Source: a bacterium (GTDB lineage: Bacteria > Krumholzibacteriota > Krumholzibacteriia > Krumholzibacteriales > Krumholzibacteriaceae). Taken from it: DNA of 64,000 bases. Where the stretch lies: assembly GCA_020350885.1 (NCBI GenBank), contig CP070727.1, positions 3,664,017-3,728,016 of the forward strand. The letters are read 5' to 3'. The notes beneath the pieces were generated by a model. That model searched no databases. It was given only the letters and a program-made list of their open reading frames with translations, and was not told the DNA's origin. This document shows, one piece after another, positions 20,049 through 29,336 of the stretch (positions are counted from its first letter, which is position 1; each line of letters opens with the position of its first letter). The translations under genes were made by a program, and so were the position numbers.

Positions 20049-21758
20049 ATGGACGCTGTGAAGAACGTCATCGATTTCGTCTATGAGTATGTCTGGGAAT
20101 TTCCAAAGGCCCTTCCCTATTTCGTCGTCCTGCTTCTCGGTACCGGTATCTTTCTCACAATCCGGATGCGTTTCATACAGGTCCGCAAGCTGAATCACAG
20201 CATCGCCGTGATCGCAGGATTCTACGACAATCCCGAGGATACGGGAGAGATAAACCATTTCCAGGCCCTCTCCGCCGCTCTCTCGGCCACGATCGGAATC
20301 GGTAACATCGCCGGCGTCGCAACGGCGATCCATTACGGGGGACCGGGAGCACTCTTCTGGATGTGGATCACGGCCATATTCGGCACGACATCGAAGTTCG
20401 TCGAGTGTACCTTGAGCATGCACTACCGCCAGGTACATCCCGACGGGGTCGTCTCTGGCGGCCCCATGTACTACATCGAGAAGGGCCTCGGTAGCAAATG
20501 GAAACTCCTTGCCATCATGTTTGCCGTCTGTGCCGTGATCTCGTCCTTTGGGAGCGGTAACAGCGTGCAGGCATTCACCGTGGCCGACTCCTTCCGGAGC
20601 GACTTCGGTATACCCACCTGGATAACCGGCTCGGTGATGGCGGTGCTCATCGGCCTCGTTATTATCGGCGGAATCAAACGGATTGGGATGGTGGCCAGCC
20701 GCCTGGTGCCATTCATGTCCGCCATTTACTTCATCGGCGCCGTAACGGTGCTGCTTATCCATGCACGGTTGGTACCGGAGGCGTTCTCCAGTATCATACA
20801 CGATGCCTTTCATCCGCGGGCGGAGGTGGGAGGATTCCTCGGTTCGACATTCATCTTCACGCTTGTATGGGGAGTCAAGCGGGGTATCTTCTCGAACGAA
20901 GCGGGTCAGGGAAGTGCTCCGATCGCCCACGCGGCCGCCAAGACCCAGGAGCCGGTTCGTGAAGGGATCGTCGCAATGCTCGGCCCGTACATCGACACAC
21001 TCCTTATCTGCACACTCACCGGTCTCGTAATCGTTACCGTGGGGGTCTGGAAGGACAAGAAGATCGATACGATCCCCTTCACGAACAAGGAAGAGATAAG
21101 CGTTTTGAAGACGGGCGGGAGGATATATAAAAATGGCGAGATCCTCGATGAGGACCTCTTCGTCGGAAGCTTCGCCGTCATCGACGGTAAGGCAAAGCAT
21201 GTAATCTTCTCGAAGAACAGCAGTACCGTGGACGACGCCATGCTCATGTACGACGACAAGCCGTTCAGCGGTCTCGCGACCGTGGACGAGGAAGAGGAGG
21301 TCCTCTTCAGGGATTCGGAGGGCACCGAAGTCCCGGGATCGGAGATCCAGCTTCGTGGTGCCTTTCTGCAGAACGGGTCCCCCCTTACTGCATGGGCGTT
21401 TAAACGTGGCCTTTCTCCGATCGGGAGCTGGGGGAACTATATCGTCACCATCGCCGTCTTCCTCTTTGCAATATCCACAGCCATCTCATGGTCGTACTAC
21501 GGCGATCGGAGCATCGAGTATCTTCTCGGATCACGGGCCATCCTTCCGTACCGCGTGATCTTCTGCATCGTGCATTTCCTCGGAGCAATCTTCTCGCTCG
21601 AGATCGTCTGGGGATTCGGAGACACGGCACTCGGCCTCATGGCCATACCAAACCTGATCGCCATTATCGTGCTCTCAGGAGTGACACGGAAACTAACCCT
21701 CGATTACTTCACCCGGTCGCACAAGCGTTATAAAGATTCACTATTCGGCAAACGGTAG
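20049..21758 (+). CDS. Sodium:alanine symporter family (AGCS) transporter with ~120-aa hydrophilic insertion
   Basis: The motif GEINHFQALSAALSATIGIGNIAGVATAI..GGPGALFWMWI is a canonical AgcS signature. The segment from residues ~340-460 (TNKEEISVLKTGGRIYKNGEILDED...EEEEVLFRDSEG) is an acidic soluble insert between TM helices. Confidence 0.8.
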   Translation: MDAVKNVIDFVYEYVWEFPKALPYFVVLLLGTGIFLTIRMRFIQVRKLNHSIAVIAGFYDNPEDTGEINHFQALSAALSATIGIGNIAGVATAIHYGGPGALFWMWITAIFGTTSKFVECTLSMHYRQVHPDGVVSGGPMYYIEKGLGSKWKLLAIMFAVCAVISSFGSGNSVQAFTVADSFRSDFGIPTWITGSVMAVLIGLVIIGGIKRIGMVASRLVPFMSAIYFIGAVTVLLIHARLVPEAFSSIIHDAFHPRAEVGGFLGSTFIFTLVWGVKRGIFSNEAGQGSAPIAHAAAKTQEPVREGIVAMLGPYIDTLLICTLTGLVIVTVGVWKDKKIDTIPFTNKEEISVLKTGGRIYKNGEILDEDLFVGSFAVIDGKAKHVIFSKNSSTVDDAMLMYDDKPFSGLATVDEEEEVLFRDSEGTEVPGSEIQLRGAFLQNGSPLTAWAFKRGLSPIGSWGNYIVTIAVFLFAISTAISWSYYGDRSIEYLLGSRAILPYRVIFCIVHFLGAIFSLEIVWGFGDTALGLMAIPNLIAIIVLSGVTRKLTLDYFTRSHKRYKDSLFGKR

Positions 21759-21865
21759 CCCCATCCCGGACCACCGGAGCCGGCAGACCGACCACATCGT
21801 AAGAGTAAAAACCTAAATTAGTTAAGATATTGCTGACGGATAAAAAGTAATGCGGCTTTGACTCA

Positions 21866-21894
21866 TTGACAGTATTGAAAAAACCGTATATAAT
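21866..21894 (+). promoter_or_regulatory. Perfect-consensus sigma70 promoter (TTGACA-17-TATAAT) with an AT-rich UP-like region upstream
   Basis: TTGACA lies at 21866-21871. It is followed by a 17-nt spacer and TATAAT at 21889-21894. An A/T-rich stretch precedes it at 21800-21860. Confidence 0.6.
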
Positions 21895-21900
21895 GGAAAT

Positions 21901-22074
21901 GGAGGTCCCTGCTGGAATGGTGAGAAGGTTTGTCTAGGATAAAATAAAAACCGCGGGCTCAACTCTATATTTGATAGAGAGACCCTCGACGACCTACCAC
22001 GTTACAGCGGGGACATCTTTATGTGCTCACACTGTCGCGTGGGTTTACGAACCACACGGTGTGGGTATTTTTTT
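21901..22074 (+). ncRNA. Candidate structured small RNA (~174 nt; identity unknown, possibly 6S-like or novel)
   Basis: It starts ~7 nt downstream of the consensus -10. The 5' GUCCCUGCUG (21905-21914) pairs 10/10 (one G-U) with CAGCGGGGAC (22005-22014), giving a closing helix. An internal hairpin GGGCUC..CUCUAU-auuug-AUAGAG.GACCC is present. The transcript ends in an intrinsic terminator. No credible ORF is present (the longest is 13 codons). Confidence 0.5.
22052..22074 (+). terminator. Rho-independent terminator (CCACA-cgg-TGTGG + T7)
   Basis: A 5-bp GC-containing stem is followed by a TTTTTTT run at 22068-22074. There is no U-tract in the minus orientation, so it serves the plus-strand sRNA. 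Confidence 0.5.
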
Positions 22075-22099
22075 ATGGGGAAGGGTGTGTGGTACCGGT

Positions 22100-22702
22100 C
22101 TATTCTTCGTACTTATCCACGAGCCCGTCACGCAACCAAACATACCGCTTCTTGGTCTGCTGACGGGGATCCTTGAAAATCCACTGCTCCTCAAGAACTC
22201 CGCCGAGTTCGGTGCTTTTCATCTCGTCCGGATACCCCCAGGACTCGAGCGCGGCCTGTCGCTTCATACCCTTGAAGATCTCGTGATTGAATATCGCCTT
22301 GGCCGTCTTCTTTCCGTATCTTCGAAGGTTCATCCGGTACCGGTATTCGGGTTTCTTGAACCAGAAGAGCCTGCCCATCTTCTCCTCGAAGATTTCCTTG
22401 GTGATCGGCCGTTCGAGATTGAGATGGTGCCTGATCCGCTTCCTGCCCGGCCCCTTCACGGTGACGGCGCCGCTCCAGTGCATATCGAGACCTACGATCA
22501 TAACCTTCGTATCACGGTCGATAATCCCACCACCCTTGCTGTCTATGAGAAGGGATCTCGTCCAAGCTGTTCTCCCGCTGTAGTGGTCTTTCAGAGAATC
22601 CATGTCGTGGATGGGGATATCCTTCCTGATGTTATCGATCACCTTACAGCCTGCTAACACCACAATGAGAATAAGGGCGAACAGACATGTTCTTTTACCC
22701 AT
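22100..22702 (-). CDS. Lipoprotein, hypothetical
   Basis: It has a lipoprotein signal peptide with lipobox LAGC (MGKRTCLFALILIVVLAGC). The mature protein is basic and has no recognised domain. Confidence 0.5.
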   Translation of the reverse strand: MGKRTCLFALILIVVLAGCKVIDNIRKDIPIHDMDSLKDHYSGRTAWTRSLLIDSKGGGIIDRDTKVMIVGLDMHWSGAVTVKGPGRKRIRHHLNLERPITKEIFEEKMGRLFWFKKPEYRYRMNLRRYGKKTAKAIFNHEIFKGMKRQAALESWGYPDEMKSTELGGVLEEQWIFKDPRQQTKKRYVWLRDGLVDKYEE

Positions 22703-22784
22703 CGCTCGATCTCCTCCTTACCGTTTCATATCTGTATTAGCAGTACATAACATAGGAAGTGAATGCTTCTAAATCAAGTATTTT

Positions 22785-23147
22785 CTATGCGATTCCCTTC
22801 AGATGTCGAAGCACCATCCTATCTGCGGTCCGATCGATATCGATCGCCACTAGGTCGAATCGTATTTCGTCGTATTTGAGCAGGCCGCCGGATCGTGCCA
22901 GGATGATTCGGGCGGCTTTCCGTATATTCCGTAATTTATAGGGATTGATCGCCTCTACGGCACTGCCGTAGGAATCATCCCGCCGCATCTTGACCTCGAT
23001 GAAGGCGAGGCAGCCTCCATCGTCCGCCACAATGTCGATTTCACACCGGCCCGCCCGGGCATTCCGTTCGATGATCCGGTATCCCCTCAGCTCGAGATAG
23101 AGAGCTGCGATCCCTTCGCCGAGGATTCCCGGCGCACCCTCCACCAT
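22785..23147 (-). CDS. yraN: YraN/UPF0102 family PD-(D/E)xK endonuclease-like protein
   Basis: GEGIAALYLELRGYRIIERN...EIDIVA...LAFIEVKMR is the YraN signature. The start was chosen at MVEGAPG (ATG 23147) to avoid a 49-nt overlap with rnhB. Confidence 0.7.
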   Translation of the reverse strand: MVEGAPGILGEGIAALYLELRGYRIIERNARAGRCEIDIVADDGGCLAFIEVKMRRDDSYGSAVEAINPYKLRNIRKAARIILARSGGLLKYDEIRFDLVAIDIDRTADRMVLRHLKGIA

Positions 23148-23161
23148 TACGTCCACCACCC

Positions 23162-23788
23162 TTACCCGAGGGAGTTGACCTTGAAACTCCTCCTGTGGAT
23201 AGAAGTCCAACCATGTTCGCGGATAGCCTCTATATGTTGCCTGGTCCCGTACCCCTTGTTGCGACTGAAACCGTATCCTGCATACTCAGTGTCCTGCTCC
23301 CGCATGATCCGGTCCCGTGTAACTTTGGCGACAATCGAAGCAGCCGCTATCGAGAAGCTCCTTCGATCCCCCGCCTTCACCGCTCGTGCGGGGAGATTCA
23401 CGTCCGGGATGTGCCGGCCATCGATGAGCACCAGTACTGGCGCCGGATCGAGCGAGTTGATCGCTTCGGTCATCGCCTTGAGTGTTGCGTTGAAGATATT
23501 GAACCGGTCGATATCCTCGGGGCCGACGATCCCCACACCCACAGCCTCACTGAATCGCCGGATATTATCATACAACTCCTCGCGGAGCGGCTCGCTGACG
23601 AGCTTGCTGTCCCTCACCCTTGAAAGCCTGTCATGCGGCTTGCATATTACGGCCGCTGCGACAACGGGACCGGCAAGGGCCCCGCGCCCCGCCTCATCCA
23701 CACCGGCCAGCAGCTGCGAGGCGGCACCCGCCATGTCGCGATCGAAGCAAACCAGATCCTCGAAACAGATCCGGCCCCGGAGGGTCAT
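23162..23788 (-). CDS. rnhB: Ribonuclease HII
   Basis: [21 protein letters not shown] is the catalytic DEAGRG motif. Confidence 0.9.
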   Translation of the reverse strand: MTLRGRICFEDLVCFDRDMAGAASQLLAGVDEAGRGALAGPVVAAAVICKPHDRLSRVRDSKLVSEPLREELYDNIRRFSEAVGVGIVGPEDIDRFNIFNATLKAMTEAINSLDPAPVLVLIDGRHIPDVNLPARAVKAGDRRSFSIAAASIVAKVTRDRIMREQDTEYAGYGFSRNKGYGTRQHIEAIREHGWTSIHRRSFKVNSLG

Positions 23789-24141
23789 CGATCCCCCTTC
23801 TCACTCTTCTCGGCGATCCGGGCCGCCTTTCCTCTCAGCTTGCGCAGATAGTAGAGTTTTGCCCTTCGGACCTTGCCTCGCCTGAGAACCTTGATGGATG
23901 TAACATTCGGCGAATGAAGTGGAAAGACCCGTTCCACACCTATCCCCTGGCTTATCTTCCTGACGGTGAACGTTTCCCTGACACCGCCCCCACGCCGCTG
24001 CATAACGGTTCCCTGAAAAGCCTGAACCCTTTTTCTGCCTCCCTCGACGACCTGCACATCGACCCGAACCGTATCCCCAACATTGAATTCGGGAACCGAG
24101 TCCTTCATATGCTTTGCCGAGATGTGATCGAGCATATCCAT
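23785..24141 (-). CDS. rplS: 50S ribosomal protein L19
   Basis: [28 protein letters not shown]...[18 protein letters not shown] is full-length L19. Confidence 0.9.
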   Translation of the reverse strand: MDMLDHISAKHMKDSVPEFNVGDTVRVDVQVVEGGRKRVQAFQGTVMQRRGGGVRETFTVRKISQGIGVERVFPLHSPNVTSIKVLRRGKVRRAKLYYLRKLRGKAARIAEKSEKGDR

Positions 24142-24231
24142 GACAACTCCTTACCTCTCTTGTCTGCACGCTGTATCGGTTATCCAATGAACATCGTATA
24201 TTCCAGGCAAACGGATTCCGTGTAGCTCCCG

Positions 24232-24978
24232 TCAATTCCTGGGATCCGGGTGCGTCGAATCATCCCCCTCCTTTATCAGGTCGGGCCTGAACCGGCGAGT
24301 CCGCTCGAGAGCTGAATGCTTTCTCCATTCATCGATCTTGGCATGGTTGCCCGAGAGAAGGATCTCAGGAACCGCAAGTCCCCGGTACTCGGGAGGCCTT
24401 GTATAGTATGCAGCATCGAGCTGGAAACGACGCATCGCCGAGAACGAATCCGACTCTCTCGATCGCTCGTCCCCGAGAACACTCGGCAGGTGCCGAACCA
24501 CCGCATCGGCAACGATGAGTGCGGGAAGCTCGCCGCCGCTCACGACAAAATCGCCGATGGATATCGCTTCGGTTACAACGAGATCGCTCACCCGCTCATC
24601 CACACCCTTGTACCGTCCACAGACGAAAACAATCTTGCGCTTCTCTGAGAGCTCTATCGCCTTTTTCTGATCGAAGATCCGTCCACTCGGGGAGAGCAGG
24701 ATCACCGGTACCTCGTCACTCTCATCGGCTGTTCGGACCGACTCGACCGCCTCTACAATGACGGGTGCCATCATGATCATCCCCGGACCGCCCCCGTAGG
24801 GGTAATCGTCGACTGTACCGTAGGCATCCACGGCGAAGTCACGAAGATTGACGACATTGTAAACTGCGGCATTTTTCTTTGCAGCGATGCCGAGTACACC
24901 CGTCTCGAGTACACCGGTGAACAGCTCTGGACAGATCGTTATGAAATGCATCTCTATCATGTCCATCAGTGCTACCAC
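24232..24978 (-). CDS. trmD: tRNA (guanine37-N1)-methyltransferase
   Basis: MHFITICPELF...DDYPYGGGPGMIMMAPVI is a TrmD signature, including the SPOUT knot region. The start is ambiguous. The true start is probably MIEMHF or MHF at 24960 or 24951. Confidence 0.85.
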   Translation of the reverse strand: MVALMDMIEMHFITICPELFTGVLETGVLGIAAKKNAAVYNVVNLRDFAVDAYGTVDDYPYGGGPGMIMMAPVIVEAVESVRTADESDEVPVILLSPSGRIFDQKKAIELSEKRKIVFVCGRYKGVDERVSDLVVTEAISIGDFVVSGGELPALIVADAVVRHLPSVLGDERSRESDSFSAMRRFQLDAAYYTRPPEYRGLAVPEILLSGNHAKIDEWRKHSALERTRRFRPDLIKEGDDSTHPDPRN

Positions 24979-25496
24979 TTGAAATCCAGCAACCCCTGCG
25001 GCGGATTCACCTCCATGGTCCTCTCGTCGGGATTGACGCTTCGCACGACCTCCCCAACATCGGGGATGAGATACCGCTCACTCCCGCCCTCGACGATGAA
25101 GCAGTTCTGAGAATTGCCGATGAGCATATCAACCACCGTGCCCAGGCAAGAACCATCGGACAAGAGAACAGAAAAACCCATAAGCTGACAGGGAAGCAAC
25201 CTGGAAGGCCGCACCTCCTCTTCGAGCCCGTCCAGCGAAATGCGCAGCTCGAGACCGATGAGTGATTCCGCTTTATCGATCGAATCGATGTCCGACAATC
25301 TGAGGATGTACGTCCCCCCTTTGGTGCGGTACCGTTCGATTGATACCTCTCTGCAAACAGTGCCGTCGGAAACGAGCTCGTGGCCCGATGCATTGAGCGA
25401 TTCAGGCCAGAAGTCATAGCCCGGAAGCAGCTTTACTTCCCCCTTGAGACCGACCGCTTTCACTATTGTACCGAGTACTGCATACTGAGAGTCCAT
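24972..25496 (-). CDS. rimM: 16S rRNA processing protein RimM
   Basis: LGTIVKAVGLKGEVKL is the RimM N-terminal motif, followed by a PRC barrel. Confidence 0.85.
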   Translation of the reverse strand: MDSQYAVLGTIVKAVGLKGEVKLLPGYDFWPESLNASGHELVSDGTVCREVSIERYRTKGGTYILRLSDIDSIDKAESLIGLELRISLDGLEEEVRPSRLLPCQLMGFSVLLSDGSCLGTVVDMLIGNSQNCFIVEGGSERYLIPDVGEVVRSVNPDERTMEVNPPQGLLDFKW

Positions 25497-25505
25497 CGAG
25501 ACACC

Positions 25506-25751
25506 CTATTCGCGTATTTCGAGTAATACCTTCTCACCCATGCGGGTTGCCGCGGCGTTGACGAGCGCACGGAGCGCCTTGGCCGTCTGACCGCTTCTGC
25601 CGATCACCTTGCCCACATCCATTTTGTTGACGGAGAGAACAATGATGTGTGTATCGTCCCGCATCTCTTCGTTCACAACGATATGCTCAGGTCTGTCTAC
25701 CAGCATTTCGGATATCTTGTGAATCATCACCTTGATTTGTTCAACACTCAT
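25506..25751 (-). CDS. KH-domain RNA-binding protein (YlqC/UPF0109)
   Basis: VGKVIGRSGQTAKALRALV is a KH GxxG loop. The size and its position between rpsP and rimM are conserved. Confidence 0.85.
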   Translation of the reverse strand: MSVEQIKVMIHKISEMLVDRPEHIVVNEEMRDDTHIIVLSVNKMDVGKVIGRSGQTAKALRALVNAAATRMGEKVLLEIRE

Positions 25752-25802
25752 GGATCCTCAACTCCCTGTCACCATACACTCACAGTCGGGATTGTGTGTG
25801 GA

Positions 25803-26402
25803 TCATTCGCCTTTCGCCTCACCCTCGCCGATACTCTCCTCGGAGGGGGCTTCGGCTTCCGACTCGGGCTTGGCCGGTTTCGCTTCCTTCTTCTTTTCCC
25901 GACTGGCACCTGTTTTTTCCTCGGATTTCAATTCCTCGCCCGTCTCCGCGCTTCCTTCGAGCTTCGCTCCTTCATCGCCTGGAGCCTCGGAACCCGCCTC
26001 AACCTCTTCTGTTATCTCCGCATCCGACGCGGCTGTTTTCTTCTCCGAGGGCTCCTTCTCGCTCTTCGGCATGGGCCGTGGCTGCTTCTGGCGGCGCGCC
26101 TCGATCGTGGAATCGAGCTCGTGGATCTTCACCCCAGATTTAAGCAACTGCCAGCGTTCGAGCAATCCGGCCTTTTTCAGAACCTGCATTGCATTGGCGG
26201 TCGGCTTGGCACCGACATCGAGCCACTTGTAGACCTTGTCCTCATCGAGCTTGATCTCGGGAGGATCCGACATCGGATTGTAGTAACCGATCGTTTCGAT
26301 AAACCGTCCGTCACGCGGGGAGCGTTCATCCGCCGCAATGATACGATAGAAGGGCCTTTTCTTCGATCCCATCATCTTCATTCTGATCTTAACAGCCAAC
26401 AT
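25803..26402 (-). CDS. rpsP: 30S ribosomal protein S16 with ~115-aa acidic/Lys-rich low-complexity C-terminal extension
   Basis: The N-terminal ~80 aa ([25 protein letters not shown]...GYYNP) are canonical S16. The tail is rich in E/K/A/S/P. Confidence 0.85.
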   Translation of the reverse strand: MLAVKIRMKMMGSKKRPFYRIIAADERSPRDGRFIETIGYYNPMSDPPEIKLDEDKVYKWLDVGAKPTANAMQVLKKAGLLERWQLLKSGVKIHELDSTIEARRQKQPRPMPKSEKEPSEKKTAASDAEITEEVEAGSEAPGDEGAKLEGSAETGEELKSEEKTGASREKKKEAKPAKPESEAEAPSEESIGEGEAKGE

Positions 26403-26433
26403 GTACCTCCAGAATTGTTGTCCACCGTCATAT

Positions 26434-27756
26434 TCAAAGCTGTGGAAAATCCGCCGGTAATGCCTTTGACAGCTTTGTAAACCGTTTCATCATCTTCTTC
26501 ATCTGCTGGAACTGATTGAGCAGTCTGTTTACATCCTGTACACTCGTTCCACTTCCCGATGCAATCCTCCTCCTGCGCGAACCATCGATGAGGTTTGGTG
26601 ATCGACGTTCCTCGATCGTCATCGATCGTATGATCGCCTCGATCTTTTCAAGCTCCTTCTCACCGACATCCGACGCTGCGACCTTGAGCCCCTTCATCCC
26701 CGGTATCATTCCGATGAGTTGATCGAGTGGCCCCATTCGCTTAAAGCGTTGGAGCTGATCGAGAAAGTCCTCCAAGGAGAAGGTTTCCTTACGGAGCTTC
26801 CGTTCCAGCTCCTGCGCCTTTTTCTCGTCGATCGTCTCCTGGGCCTTATCGATGAGGGATAGCACATCCCCCATTCCGAGGATCCTGCCGGCCATCCGGT
26901 CGGGGAAGAACGGTTCGAGATCGCCGACTTTTTCTCCGGTCCCGGCAAACTTGATCGGTTTACCGGTGATCGAGGCCACCGAAAGGGCCGCTCCACCCCT
27001 TGTATCACCATCCAGCTTTGTTAGAACGACACCGGTGAAATCGACCTCTCCGAGAAAGCTCTTGGCAACGGCAACGGCCTCCTGCCCGGTCATGGAGTCG
27101 AGCACAAGAAGTATCTCCTCCGGTGCGAGAACCTCCTTAATGGAGCTGAGCTCCGCCATCATCTCCGTATCGATGTGGAGCCTGCCGGCGGTGTCCACTA
27201 TTATCGAATCGTTCAATCCCCGTTTGGCTTCACGTACCGCACCGTGAATTATCTCCGTTACCCCCATCCCGGCTCCCGGTGCATAGACGGGAGTGTTGAT
27301 CTGATCCCCGAGTATCTTGAGCTGGTCGATGGCAGCCGGCCGATAGATATCCGCGGCGACGAGGAGCGGTTTTCTCCCCTTCTTACCGAGGTGAACGGCG
27401 AGTTTCGCCGCGAAACTGGTCTTTCCCGAACCCTGAAGCCCCACGACCATTACACCCGCAGGGGCACCGGAGAGTACAAACGGTACCGGCTTCCCGCCAA
27501 GAACACGAACCAGTTCCTCGTGTACGATCTTTACGATGTGCTGATCGGGAGTCAGACTCTCCAACACCTTCTGCCCGAGGGCCCGCTCGTTGATATGATC
27601 GACAAAACTCTTTACAACTTTGTAGTTTACATCCGCTTCGAGGAGAGCTCTGCGGACCTCGCGCATCGCCGTCCGGATATGGCCTTCACGCACCTTTCCA
27701 TGGCCGCGCAGCTCCTTGAAGATCCGGGCAAACTTTTCGCTAAGGTCCTGGAACAT
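26434..27756 (-). CDS. ffh: Signal recognition particle protein Ffh
   Basis: The NG domain carries GLQGSGKTS and DTAGR. The C-terminal domain is Met-rich (M domain). Confidence 0.9.
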   Translation of the reverse strand: MFQDLSEKFARIFKELRGHGKVREGHIRTAMREVRRALLEADVNYKVVKSFVDHINERALGQKVLESLTPDQHIVKIVHEELVRVLGGKPVPFVLSGAPAGVMVVGLQGSGKTSFAAKLAVHLGKKGRKPLLVAADIYRPAAIDQLKILGDQINTPVYAPGAGMGVTEIIHGAVREAKRGLNDSIIVDTAGRLHIDTEMMAELSSIKEVLAPEEILLVLDSMTGQEAVAVAKSFLGEVDFTGVVLTKLDGDTRGGAALSVASITGKPIKFAGTGEKVGDLEPFFPDRMAGRILGMGDVLSLIDKAQETIDEKKAQELERKLRKETFSLEDFLDQLQRFKRMGPLDQLIGMIPGMKGLKVAASDVGEKELEKIEAIIRSMTIEERRSPNLIDGSRRRRIASGSGTSVQDVNRLLNQFQQMKKMMKRFTKLSKALPADFPQL

Positions 27757-27931
27757 CGATACAAACTCCCGTTCATAAATGAGTCAAGGTAACACAATTT
27801 AAGGGTGTTGGCAAGATAATTTGGCTCGGGAACACGGGAGCCGAGATACCGCAAATCCCCTGGTTGAACAGGGCTAATGGAAACCCTCCCGTTCCCGTAT
27901 TGTAAATGATGCGGGTAGAATAGACCGGCCA

Positions 27932-28615
27932 TTAACCCCGTATCGCCTCTATCGCTTCTGCATAGTCGGGGCTCTTGAATACAGCCGTACCGGCAACGAG
28001 GATCTGCCCACCGGCCTCCCTGACCATGGCGGCGTTTGCCGGCTTGATGCCGCCGTCGACCTCGATCACGTACCCATAGCCGTGTTCGTCACGAAGCCGG
28101 GTAGCCTCTCGCACCTTTGCGAGCACATCGGAGATAAAGGCCTGCCCCCCAAAACCGGGGAAAACGGTCATGCAAAGCAGAAGATCAACGGAGGGAAGAA
28201 GATGCCGTATCGCCTCAATCGGCGTATCCGGATTGATGGCCAATCCTGCCAGGCAACCGAGATCGTGAAGCTTCTCCACAATACCAAGATGCCCGTCTGC
28301 ACATGCCTCCCAGTGAAAGCTGACCACAGCGCTCCCGCACTCGACGAACGCCTCCGCATATCTGAGCGGGTCGCTGATCATGAGATGCGTGATAAGGGGA
28401 AGTTTGGCGTGCGATGCTATCGCACGGATAATGATAGGACCCATGCTGATATTTTCAACAAAGTGGCCGTCCATGACATCTATATGGAGGAATCCGGCCC
28501 CGGCCCTCGTCACGGATTCGATCTCCTCCCCCAGGCGGGAAAAATCGGCGGAAAGCAGTGAGGGTGCAACGGCAATCCCTCCCAGGTCATTCAACCGTTG
28601 ATACAACGAGTTCAA
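27932..28615 (-). CDS. rpe: Ribulose-phosphate 3-epimerase
   Basis: APSLLSADFSRLGEE..HIDVMDGHFV is canonical Rpe. The annotated ORF extends to 28750 and overlaps the upstream PASTA gene. A TTG at 28615 is the most plausible start, and it still overlaps the PASTA gene by 29 nt. The start is uncertain. Confidence 0.75.
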   Translation of the reverse strand: MNSLYQRLNDLGGIAVAPSLLSADFSRLGEEIESVTRAGAGFLHIDVMDGHFVENISMGPIIIRAIASHAKLPLITHLMISDPLRYAEAFVECGSAVVSFHWEACADGHLGIVEKLHDLGCLAGLAINPDTPIEAIRHLLPSVDLLLCMTVFPGFGGQAFISDVLAKVREATRLRDEHGYGYVIEVDGGIKPANAAMVREAGGQILVAGTAVFKSPDYAEAIEAIRG

Positions 28616-29336
28616 TCGTCTCTCCTTCCTCGATGCACGAACCGGGCTCAGGGTGCTGGTCGAGTATGGTATTCGGGAACTTATCGGAAACCCGGCGGCT
28701 GACGACGCGGCCGATCTGAAATCCGAGCCTCGCGAGCCTGTCCCGCACAAACGGCAGATCCATTCCTATGAGATTCGGCATATAATATTTGCGCGGCTCG
28801 CCGCGCATGCAGATCAGGATATCAACCCGCGAGCCATGCGGCACTGATTCTCCCGCCGGGGGGAAGGTGGAAATGATGTTGTTCTGCCCATCTATGGGAC
28901 TGAAGATCCGTACGATTCGTCCCTTACGTAATCCCGAGCTCTCGAGAAGGAGTTCGGCCTGCCTGAGGGATTTATTCCTGAGTTCGGGAACAAACTCCAT
29001 GCGCCTCCCCGCGCTGACGACAACCCGTATTACCCGCCCCTCCTTGAGCTTTTCCTCGGGCTCGGGATCCTGCTCGATGATATACCCCTGAGGAACATCA
29101 TCCGAATGGCGTTCTCCTACAACGACGAGCTCCAATCCCCCATCGCTGCACTTTTCTTCCGCCAGTGCCAGACTCAAGCCCTCGAGCCCCGGCACGATCG
29201 TAACATCACCCCTGCCAACGAGCCCCGGCATGATTATGTAGTTGAAGATCAAGATGCCGACCAGAAACGCCCCGACGATGACCAGCGTGTAATAAATGAC
29301 AGGATGGACTTCCCGCCTCTTCCGCTCCGAATTCAT
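28587..29336 (-). CDS. PASTA-domain protein (N-terminal TM + 3 PASTA repeats), no kinase/PBP domain
   Basis: It has one TM helix followed by three ~65-aa PASTA-like repeats (VPGLEGLSLALAEEKCS..., VPELRNKSLRQAELLLE..., MPNLIGMDLPFVRDRL...). Confidence 0.65.
   Translation of the reverse strand: MNSERKRREVHPVIYYTLVIVGAFLVGILIFNYIIMPGLVGRGDVTIVPGLEGLSLALAEEKCSDGGLELVVVGERHSDDVPQGYIIEQDPEPEEKLKEGRVIRVVVSAGRRMEFVPELRNKSLRQAELLLESSGLRKGRIVRIFSPIDGQNNIISTFPPAGESVPHGSRVDILICMRGEPRKYYMPNLIGMDLPFVRDRLARLGFQIGRVVSRRVSDKFPNTILDQHPEPGSCIEEGETIELVVSTVE

Noticed and set aside
19677-21200. 507-aa minus-strand ORF antisense to the AgcS transporter gene
   Set aside because: It fully overlaps a transporter gene with strong family signatures. 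Its translation is Arg/Asp/Gly/His-rich with no motifs, typical of spurious antisense ORFs in high-GC DNA.
21971-22657. 228-aa plus-strand ORF starting in the sRNA region
   Set aside because: It begins with a non-ATG codon inside the predicted sRNA. It runs through the intrinsic terminator and is antisense to a lipoprotein gene with a clear lipobox. It is judged spurious.
27757-27931. Possibility that the rpe-ffh spacer encodes SRP (4.5S) RNA
   Set aside because: It lacks the GNRA tetraloop and the conserved domain-IV internal-loop motifs. It is kept only as a low-confidence structured element.
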